A DNA stretch of 20,000 nucleotides from Psammoneis japonica (lineage: Eukaryota): assembly GCA_008632985.1 (NCBI GenBank), contig QPGO01000294.1, positions 49,906-69,905 on the forward strand, written 5' to 3'. This document shows positions 11,020 through 20,000 of the stretch, in pieces (the stretch's first letter is position 1; every line of letters begins with the position of its first letter). A program made the translations under genes and the position numbers. The notes beneath the pieces were generated by a model that did no database searches, was not told the DNA's origin, and worked only from the letters and a program-made list of their open reading frames with translations.

Positions 11020-12768
11020 AAATGTTCGCGTTGTGGTGCAAAAACACTTGGGACGAAGAGATTTTGTCTGAAAATGAAGACAGTGGCAAGCAAAATTGAC
11101 TTGCACGAATCTCACAAACAAGACTTGCCTCTGTGTCAGTCACGTCGCGGTGCTGTTTTCTTTGGTGGGGAATTTCAGCTGCTGCCTCCCGCAACACCTG
11201 CGTTGTTGCCTCCGTTTTCCCGTCTGTGTCCAATGCACGTGTTGGGCCACATGGAAAACCCATTGAAAATGTCTTTGAGAGCAGTTTTTCTACAAGGCAA
11301 CGGAACTCAAGCGACTCAATCATGCCCATGCATCCAAAGTGGACAACACAACATTGCGGAATTCGATGAAGGCAAGGAAGATGTGAAGGAGTTGCTTCAA
11401 GATGCTGTTGCAAACACCAAGCAAGTCAAGAATGGAAGCAGTTTCAAAAGTTGGGAAAGCTTGAAGATGCGCTTTGCATTGGCACGAACCGACTTGTTGC
11501 TGCAGCGCTGTTCCACTGGACCTTTCTGCCTCCTTGGCAACAGCACGCGATTTCTTTGTCATGCGCGACACTCTCTGCTGCAGCTGCCAGAGCTGGCTCT
11601 AGCTGCTGGAGCAGAGGACAGAGCTGCAACACTGCTTCTAACACTGTCTGCTCTAGAGAGATCGCCTTCGAGAGATTCGTGTTCTCAGCCCCGAAATGAA
11701 ATGATCTGATTGGGCAAACAACGTCCGTGCGGCTCTCAAACTGACATCATTGCTGATGCATTTGCTTGAAGCGCGTGAACAAACATGGAAGATTGACGGC
11801 CAAAGCCAAACACATGACAGTGGACAGGCATTGCATGTGGAGAGGCAACGACGGTCGCGCCTTTGCAGTGTTTTGGAACCTGGTGTGTCGGACAAATGTT
11901 CGCATCGTGGTGCAAAAACACTCGGGACGAAGAGATTTGGTCTGAAAATGAAGACAGTGGTGAGCGAAATTGACTTGTGTGAATCTCACGAACAAGACTT
12001 GCTGCTGCATCAGTCGTCGTCGCGGTGCTGTTTTCTTTGGTGGGGAATTTCAGCTGCTGCCTCCCGCAACACCTGCATTGTTGCCTCCGTTTTCCCGTCT
12101 GCATCCGATGCACGTGTCAGGCCACAAGGAAAACCCATTGAAAATGTCTTTGAGAGCAGTTTTTCTACAAGGCAACGGAACTTAAGCGACCCAATCATGC
12201 CCATGCATCCAAAGTGGACAGTGCAACATTGCGGAATTCGATGAAGGCAAGGAAGATGTGAAGGAGTCGCTTCAAGATGCTGTTGCAAACACCAAGCAAG
12301 TCAAGAATGGAAGCAGTTTCAAAAGTTGGGAAAGCTTGAAGATGCGCTTCGCATTGGCGCGAACCGACTTGTTGCTGCAGCGCTGTTCCACTGGACCTTT
12401 CCGCCTCCTTGGCAACAGCGTGCGATTTCTTTGTCATGCGCGACACTCTCTGCTGCAGCCACCAGAGCTGGCTCTAGCTGCTAGAGCAGAGGACAGAGCT
12501 GCAACACTGCTTCTAACGCTGTCCACTCTAGAGAGATCGCCTTCGAGAGATTCGCATTCTCAGTCCCGAAATGAAATAATTTGATTGGGTGAACGACGTC
12601 CATGTGGCTCTCAAACTGATGTCATCGCTGATGCATTTGCTTGAAGCGCATGAATGAATGTGGAAGATTGACGGCCAAAGCCAAACACATGATGGTGGAC
12701 AGGCATTGCATGTGGAGAGGCAACAATGGTCACGCCTTCACAGTGTTTTGGAACCTGGTGCATCGGAC
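11020..12768. repeat. Tandem duplication of a ~875-bp unit of unknown origin
   Basis: 11020-11893 aligns end to end with 11894-12768 at offset 874-875. Differences are mostly transitions among CG/TG/CA/TA dinucleotides. Confidence 0.97.
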
Positions 12769-14473
12769 AGACTCTGTCAGGACTGACACAGGTTCTTGTG
12801 GCAAACTTGGGCATTGCTGCGAGTGCAAACCGATCACGCTACAGACGAGGAATGCACGGGAGGCAAACTGCACTCATTGTCCTCTCTTGCTTTGGCATCG
12901 AAAGCTGTTCTTGACGTTGGAAATCTTGGTTTCTCTGTCACTTGAAGGGCACACAAGGTCAGAATGCGAGTGCTTGAAACTGATGAAAGCAAATGCTGTG
13001 TCTTGGAGAGCGCACTCGGATCGACTGTGTGAAACGTAAAACCACTGTTGCACGAATCTCGATGGCTCTTGAGGGGCTGTTTCAGCTGCCAGAACAACTG
13101 TCAAGGCTTGGAGAATTGCCTCATCTGCAGAAGCACCGCAAGAGAGATGTTTCTAATGGGGAACACGTCAAGCGCAACAACCGCCAACAGTCAGAGACGC
13201 CTGCATCATAAAAACTTCGTCTCATGTTTGGATTTGATGAAAATCACATGTCTGCATCATGTTCCGAGCAACTCGAATGAGAGAGGCTTGGAGGACTCGA
13301 GAAAAAACGCTTGTCGACCCGACTCGACGCTTTGACATGTTGCAAACGACATGGGATGACCACAATGGTGAGCCTTGAGAATGCCGCAGTCCTGTCATTG
13401 TCGCCAGCAATCGCAGATGGGGCTGCAAAACAATGTGTAGATTCCCCTTGTTGCATTTCTTCATTCATGTTCATCTGTCAAAAAATGGAAATCAAAATCT
13501 GAAAAAAGAGTGTGAGTTACAAAGCATGACTCAGCAAGACGGTCACAATCGCAAACTCAACAAAACAGATCTTCAAACGCTGTGGGACGTGGAGAATGTG
13601 GCTGATGCAATGGGCCGGCGACCCACAGGAGCATTGAGCCTGTGGGGGTTCAGACATGAGATGCTCAATGAGCAACTCAAGCGGTCTGAACCACCTTGCA
13701 ACCTTCACGAAAAAGGCTGCCCTTTGGGGCATCAAGCACACCGTCTTGGTCCACGACGTCGACAGGCGTTCAGCGTGCATTCAAAGAAAGAAAGCAGAGG
13801 CTGGCCCTCCTCTGATGGAGCCAATGCATCACAGTGCACTCAAAAGCACACTGGCTGGCTCTCACCACTGCCGCATTGGACGTTTGCAAGCATTCAGTGC
13901 ACACGCAAGAAGCGAGTTTGCTGGCAATCGTGGTGCATCTCCGTCGGAACCACGGACTGCTTTGACAGGCAATCGTCATTTCACCTCAAACCGACTTCCA
14001 AAGATGTGTGCAATCTAACGCACAGAGGAAAACCATCAAGGACCCAAGCCTTCAGGTCCACCTGGCAATCGTGTGTGGACAACATTCAATGACTTAACTC
14101 CAGCAGATCTAATTCGCAACAAGAGCGAGACGATTGACTCACCGTCGGCAGAGAACTGACGCAACCATGACAATCAAGAGAGCAATGTGTTTCAAAAGGT
14201 CAAATGGCGTTTTTTGTGTGCTCCGTGCAACAATGAGCAAAGTGATTTGGATTTCACTTGTCCCGAGCCTTGACGCTTGACGTTTCGAATTTTTTTGAAA
14301 TTGTGGCGGGAAAACCAACAGCTTCTTTTGCCATCACATTTTGTGTGAAACTCATGCGAACACCGATGACGTCTGCCAAACGGAGAATCTTTCGAGCTCC
14401 GAACTCCAAGATTTCCTTCCATCCGCCACATCCGCAGCACATGCCACATCAAGCATCACATTCATTTTGTCAT

Positions 14474-14528
14474 TGCAGTTGTTGTTGCTGTTGCTGCTGC
14501 TGCTGCTGCTGTTGCAGTTGCAGTTGCA
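14474..14528. repeat. Imperfect trinucleotide microsatellite (TGC/TGT)n
   Basis: tgcagttgttgttgctgttgctgctgctgctgctgctgttgcagttgcagttgca. Confidence 0.9.
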
Positions 14529-14576
14529 TTCGTCCTTGTCTGTTTTTCAACGACATTGAACCCAACACTCAACAGC

Positions 14577-15548
14577 ATGACGACCAAAGCCCCCAAAGAC
14601 AGCGGGCTGTCTCCAACAAAAGAAAAGGAGGAGGAAAATGATTCGCGAAGGCTTCCCCGTGTTGCTTTGTGCCGACGGCATGTGGCTCAGGTCCTCTGAT
14701 TGAGGGTGCTGTCAGCAGCTGGTTGTCATTCGACCTCAGTTTGAGAATGCCGCAGTTTTGAACTGTGAGGATGATTGGGATTGGTGACACGGACAAGACC
14801 TGCAAGGCATTCTTGGAGCTTGCAGAATTGCCACTCGGCATGCCACGGGTTGGCCCCAATGCATGGAGCCAGGCATTCATGCCGGACCAGGATGGCATTT
14901 CGAATGATCTCCTTTCCTTGTGCTGTCGACTCTGCCCGCAGTGTCCCAAACGACAAAAATCTTGTTCGCCTCGCCGCAGAAGCGTTGCTGCATGATCTTG
15001 CCTTGTGCACAGAGATTGGTGCTCCTGGGACGCTTCCAGAAATTCCACGGGGGTGTTTTCAAGTCAAGAGCACACCGGACCGCTTTGCCCAGAAGGACCT
15101 TGTAACTGCAGGTTTCATCAAAATTGGACGCTTGAGCTGTTTGCAGTGGTGGGCGGATGAACGAGGACACCAGAGGCCAGCCGAGCTTCCTGCTGTTCTG
15201 CTGAAAAACATGGTTGAGGTGCTGACCAAGTGGGACACCTGTGCAAGCAGCCCCACAGTCATTCATCAACGTGGTGAAAGCTTGCTCTTTGATGGATCTG
15301 ATGAAACCCTTTGCGAGTGCCGTCACCGAAGTGTGTTGACCTGTTCCGAAACAATGTCTCGACCACTGACGTTTCTAGTGCCCTTTGTTGGTGAAGAAAC
15401 AGCGCTGAACCCACTCTGGTTGCTTGTGACCAAGGTGCAAAAAAGAACAAGCGAGGCCGAGGAACATTGGCAATGGCACGGCATTGCACAAGCGTGGGTT
15501 AAAGTGAGCAAGTTCTTTTTGCCAAATCTAGAATCTTATGATCTCTGA
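14577..15548 (+). pseudogene. Decayed hypothetical protein gene, family not recognised
   Basis: A CAA-rich leader precedes ATG 14577 (MTTKAPKDSGLSPTKEKEEEND). Protein-like stretches continue in shifting frames to ...AQAWVKVSKFFLPNLESYDL* (ORF 14775-15548). No motif recognised. Confidence 0.35.
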
Positions 15549-15688
15549 ACGCCAAGATTTCCTTCCCTCCGACACCACCACGCTTCACTGACAGAGCCTG
15601 CGACACTTCACATGCATGCCACATGATGCTGCCACATGCAACGTCATGCTCAACAGCAACAACAACAGGAACAAACAACGCAACAACG

Positions 15689-16712
15689 ATGTCGTCACTT
15701 CCAAGAGCAGAAGAAGCAACACGGTGTGTTCGTGCGACAAACAAACGCCACTGCACAAATGAAGAGACAAGTCGAGTGCTGATGCTGCAGACCGCATTCA
15801 GAAGTGGCAGCATTGACAATGAAGCCACCCTCGTTGACCTGAAGTCTCGACTGGACTCGACTCCGCTTGCTCTCGTGGTGGCTGTGACATCCTTTGGTGG
15901 ACCCAGATGCAAATCTCTCCTTGACGATTTGCCTTTGCTCAAAAAGACTGCGCCAGTGGTTCTGCTTGCTGTGGTTCTGCCCCGTCAAACCCCAAATTTT
16001 GATTTTACATGCCGATCGAATTGGGCTTGAACGAGACACCGTGTCTGTCGCAAGCATTCGCGCCAATCTTCAAGAGATCAGCAGCAGCAATGGAGGGGGC
16101 TGCTGTCCCTTTTAGCACCAGCAACACCAAGAATCCTTCCGTGTGCTGTCCTGACGGTTCATTGGATCCCAGTTCCTCTCCCACCAACCCCTTGGATGTG
16201 CTGCGATTGGTGCAACAATGGGCTGCACGCTGAAACAAATCACCAAGGCGTTGACGGATTCCAATTTGGGTCTGGGTTGCGGCTTGCGGCAATGCCACGA
16301 GCTTTGCCAGCCTGCTTGAGAATGAGACAGTTCTCCATTTGTGAAGTGGCGCTGGAGTCCATTGCTTTTTGGCTGCCGACGTTGTGGGACCGTCCTGCAC
16401 TTTCATTGAAGTGTCGACATGAAACCCCACATGTTTTACAAGGCACGAACTCATGCCAACAAGAAGAAGACGACCAATGTCGAATTCCATTTGGGAGCGA
16501 TGGAACACCTTCCCATGGCCAACGGCCCAGTGGATTGTGCTGTGAGCAATTGCATCATCGATCTCAATCCTGACAAGCCGCAGGTGTCTCGAGAAATGCA
16601 CCGCATTCTCAAACGGGGTGGTCGCATTGCTGTGTCGGACGTCGTGATTCGCCCTGAAAAGATTGTGCCCGACACCCCATTTTGCTTCAAGACGGCCGAA
16701 GCGATGACATGC
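15689..16712 (+). pseudogene. arsM: Arsenite S-adenosylmethionine methyltransferase (ArsM/AS3MT family) pseudogene with a long N-terminal extension
   Basis: Core 16203-16712 reads MGCTLKQI..DSNLGLGCG/NATSFASLLENETVLHL*SGAGVHCFLAADVVGP..I/VDMKPHMFYKAR..NVEFHLGAMEHLPMANGPVDCAVSNCIIDLNPDKPQVSREMHRILKRGGRIAVSDVV. This follows the ArsM motifs LGLGCGNP, DLGSGAG.DC, GVDM and SNCV.NL.PDK. Lesions: 7-bp duplication TTGCGGC (16284-16290), stop at 16342, frameshift at ~16411. Assigning 15689-16200 to the same gene is less certain. Confidence 0.88.
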
Positions 16713-16912
16713 ATTCTCCCCGCAACTTGTGCGGACGAAGCCTTTTGATCCATGTGGGCAGAGTTTGAATGGGAAACAAGGTGACCATTCCAACGTTGGT
16801 TCCCAACTTGTTGGTTTTTCTCCATGACATTCTGTCGAGTCGACCAACATGCGTTGCCTCACTCTGCACGACACGTTGGAAACGGGAAGCTTCCTCACCG
16901 CCAATCTCTGCG

Positions 16913-17700
16913 CAAGACAGTGCTTGTTCTTGAGGCACGCTTGCCGATTGTTTCCCGGTGCGGCTTCGTGTTGAACACTGCGCAATGCGCTTTTTCACAG
17001 TGTCTGTCAATGCCGGGAGAAAGAAACTTCTCACAAAACTGTTGGCACCGACAAGGTGTCTTGCGACGTGTGCAGCACTGTTGCAAGCACGGGTGCGCAC
17101 CCGAGTTAGATCAGTTCTTTTGGGCACTTTTGCGCATTGGTGCATCATGTCTGTTTGCTGACACAGCTCAAGTTTCGCAGTCGTTAAACCGTCAACTAAC
17201 TCAAGCGCGCTCTGTTGCTTTTGCAGTGTCTTTGGTGAAGATGCTCTCATTGATGAGAAGGACAACAACGATGGCAAGTTGGCTGGGTGCATTCGGATTC
17301 GTTCCAAGACAGTGCTTGTTCTCGAGGCGCGCTTGCCGATTGTTTCCCGGTGCGGCTTCGTGATGAACACTGCGCAACAGGCTTTTTCACAGTGTCTGTC
17401 AATGCCGGGAGAAAGAAACTTCTCGCAAAACTGTTGGCACCGACAAGGCATCTTGCGACGCATGCAGCACTGTTGCAAGCACCGGTGCGCACCTGTGTTA
17501 GATCAGTCCTTTCGGGCACTTTTGCGCGTTGGTGCATCATGTCTGTTTGCTGATGCAGCTCAAGTTTCGCAGTCGTCAAACCGTCAACTAACGCAAGCGT
17601 GCTTTGTTGTTTTTGTAATGTCTTTGGTGAAGACGCTCTCGTCAATGAGAAGAAGGATGACAACGACGGCAAGTTGGCTGGGCACATTCGGATTCGTTCC
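16913..17700. repeat. Tandem duplication of a ~392-bp unit of unknown origin
   Basis: 16913-17304 aligns with 17305-17699. Both begin CAAGACAGTGCTTGTTCT and end ATTCGGATTCGTTC; copy 2 has 3 extra bases. Confidence 0.97.
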
Positions 17701-18465
17701 ACAACACAATGAACTGCTCTGAGTTTGGGAGACAGCATCACCAGCGTTCAGAGATCCGTGCCCGAAGCCACGCAGTAAAACAAACGATTGGAATGGAGCT
17801 CACAGAGTGTGTTCTGAGCCACAATGGCACTTTTTTAGCATTGCACTGCGTGAATTAGCCCTGCCACAATCCTTTCTAACGTGTGAACAAAGCCATTCCG
17901 TGATGCCAACACTTGCCTGACATTCTTCCACAATTCATTCTCCACGTCCGAAATGAGCAAGGGTTTGGTCCATTGACTGCCACGGGTCTTGAGCAAATGC
18001 AGAGTCGCCATGACGTTGAGGCACCAGCCATGCCTGGCGCACATTTTGTTTCGTAAAACACAAGTCGCGGGGCGGGACCCACTGTGACTTGAACCTTGGC
18101 ACTCAAACAAAGACTGACTGCCGAATGAAAGGTGTGTTTCTGTGTTGTTGAAACAAAGATGAAAATCAATGCCAGCAAGCATGTCTCGAATGAAAGCAGA
18201 AATGGGCACGAAAAACGACTTGCGTTGACGGTGCACTCGAATGCAACGTGACACAATGAACGCACCCCATGGCATTGTGAATTGCAGGACAAACTTGTGC
18301 ATCAATGTTGGCGAGTCTTTGATGTGCACAAAAGCTGCTTGTGATGTGAAATGGAAGAAAGAGATGCCCCCATGCATGCTTGATTTCCAACAGTGCAAAA
18401 CAAGCATTCAATGAGTCTGGCGGCGACTGATGATCCTTGCGGATCTGTGCACAACACTCCCAGTT

Positions 18466-19173
18466 TTAGATGAAAGACACTGCCCGTTGCTCCACGAGCC
18501 CAGGCAAGCTTCTCAAAGAGACAAGACGGGCCACTTTCTCCTCGTTTCTCACAACAACAACAGTGCCCACCAGATTGACCTTTTTGTCTGGCAACTCCGC
18601 ATTTTGCACTGACCAATCATCCACAGGTTCCTCCAAATTGTCCATTGGTTCTTCCACATCTGGTGGATCATTCAAGGAATCATCAGGCTCCTCGTCTGCT
18701 GCCACAATGACTTCCCCCTTGATGACAGAATTGTCATCAACAGCAACAGTGGGATCAGACAATGGTTCTTCTTCACCCTCTCCTTCTGGGACAATGCCAT
18801 GCTGCAGCAACCCATCACCCACAGGATCCTCCAAATCATCCATTGTTGGCACATCCGCATCTGGTGGATCATTCAAAGCATTGTCTGGCTCCTCACACCC
18901 TTCAACATCTGCATCCACTGGAGCAACTTCCTCCTTGGTGACAGGATCATCATCAACAGCAATGGCAAAATCAGCAATGGGTTTCACAATCACTGCATCA
19001 GCTGGAGCAAAAATGGCCTTGACCAGTTCAATTGCCACTGGAGTCCACACCCCTTCATGCCAGTGATCACATCTTGGGTGTGGCTGACATTTGCAAGTGT
19101 GTTGGATCTGTTGTTTCCACTCAAACTCAAGCAGGGCTGCAGTCAATTGCTGGTCATCCAACACAGGTGTCAC
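18466..19173 (-). CDS. Acidic, Pro-rich low-complexity ORF with a two-copy internal repeat; probably a decayed gene
   Basis: 235-aa ORF rich in D/E/P/V. The unit AVDDxxVxKxEV...EEPDxxLNDPPD...MDxLExPVxD occurs twice. Confidence 0.4.
   Translation of the reverse strand: MTPVLDDQQLTAALLEFEWKQQIQHTCKCQPHPRCDHWHEGVWTPVAIELVKAIFAPADAVIVKPIADFAIAVDDDPVTKEEVAPVDADVEGCEEPDNALNDPPDADVPTMDDLEDPVGDGLLQHGIVPEGEGEEEPLSDPTVAVDDNSVIKGEVIVAADEEPDDSLNDPPDVEEPMDNLEEPVDDWSVQNAELPDKKVNLVGTVVVVRNEEKVARLVSLRSLPGLVEQRAVSFI
18605..18966. repeat. Diverged direct repeat (~150-165 bp, two copies)
   Basis: 18605-18750 resembles 18803-18966. Shared cores are CATCTGGTGGATCATTCAA, CCACAGGxTCCTCCAAAT and TCATCAACAGCAA. 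Confidence 0.85.
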
Positions 19174-20000
19174 ACCAGTGGTGCATCAAGGGATCTGAAG
19201 TTCTCATGGAGCAACCACACCAGCTGGGGCTGGAGGAGCATTGCCAGTGCAAATGTCTCAAAGCAGCACTTGGTCCAGTCTCCATCCAATCTGACTGCAA
19301 CCACACAGTCTTGCACTTCAAGAGCAGCAGAGCCACATGGGGGCACAAACCAAAAGGGAGCACATGTGGCACAGTGCATGGTCCACACAGCCACTGCAGC
19401 TGCAAGAGTGGCCGCAACAGCATCACATGCTCAACCACACAGAAGAGTCATCAGGTCATCAATGTCCACAACTTGGTGGTGGTGCAAGCAACAGACATTG
19501 CTGCCAACCAACTTCAACACCAAGCATGAGAACATCACAGCACACAAAGCGAGGCAAACTTTGCAGAACACAATGACAAAGGACACAACAGTGTGAGTTT
19601 TGCACCAAAGCTTGTCCACAGCAATGCACAGACTCCAAAGGAAACCATTGGTGATCCGGCCATGGCTCTGCTTGCCACCAAATGTGCGCAGCAGGAGGTT
19701 CATGAAAAGAGCATGATCAGGTGCAATGCATGGTGCAGCCACAACTGGGCAATGGCATCAGCAAAGACAGATCAACAGCAGGGCATTTCAACTCAACAGA
19801 AGTTGGATTTTTGTGTGGTGAGCAAGATGCTTGCTTGTTGTTGCAGCTGGCGCCATTTGTGCTGTGGTCTGTGCTGGAGAAACACACAGAAAAGCAGACA
19901 GTCAGTCATGTGTCAGGCCCATTTGCGCTCTGTTCCTTGCAGGCTCTCTTGGTGAAACAATCAGAGGTTGGGGCCAATGTTGAACTCATTCACAATGATG

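Noticed and set aside
13490..13590. SAP-like motif (LKKECELQSM...KLNKTDLQ)
   Set aside because: The resemblance is short with atypical spacing and cannot be supported without a profile search.
16700..16748. Selenocysteine-type C-terminus for ArsM
   Set aside because: No TGA follows the last recognisable Cys (16710), similarity simply ends there, and no SECIS was identifiable by eye.
10018..17700. CRISPR-like or other prokaryotic repeat arrays
   Set aside because: The repeats are two-copy, head-to-tail duplications of 111-875 bp without spacers, in a eukaryotic context.
1..20000. Most of the short ORFs in the supplied track, including apparent Cys/His metal-binding motifs
   Set aside because: They are expected by-products of TAA/TAG loss and TG/CA excess. 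They overlap in all frames and show no recognisable domains.

Overview
Eukaryotic, repeat-rich, heavily decayed DNA, most likely from a diatom, judging by the CoDi-type retroelement. The main feature is a broken Ty1/copia LTR retrotransposon on the + strand (gag ~5452-7088; protease-integrase-RT ~7098-10950). It has frameshifts, stops, an insertion next to an assembly gap, and no RNase H or 3' LTR. Around it lie decayed host-type genes (a SET-domain gene, a hypothetical gene, and an arsenite methyltransferase with a possible thioredoxin-like N-terminus) and three tandem duplications (111, ~875 and ~392 bp). The strongest signal is window-wide loss of TpA: about 90 by hand count in 19.8 kb, against more than 1,000 expected from composition. 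Conserved protein motifs give the direction. Tyr codons have become Cys (TGY) or His (CAY), e.g. RT YVDD reads HVDD, and Ile/Val/Leu xTA codons have become xTG or xCA. This is a saturating A:T->G:C change at TpA on both strands, opposite in direction to fungal RIP. It shows a flanking-base preference (RTAY lost, YTAR spared), is separable from CpG decay, and appears to have continued after the local duplications. It is a candidate for an undescribed hypermutation or genome-defence process. No enzyme for it is visible in the window.
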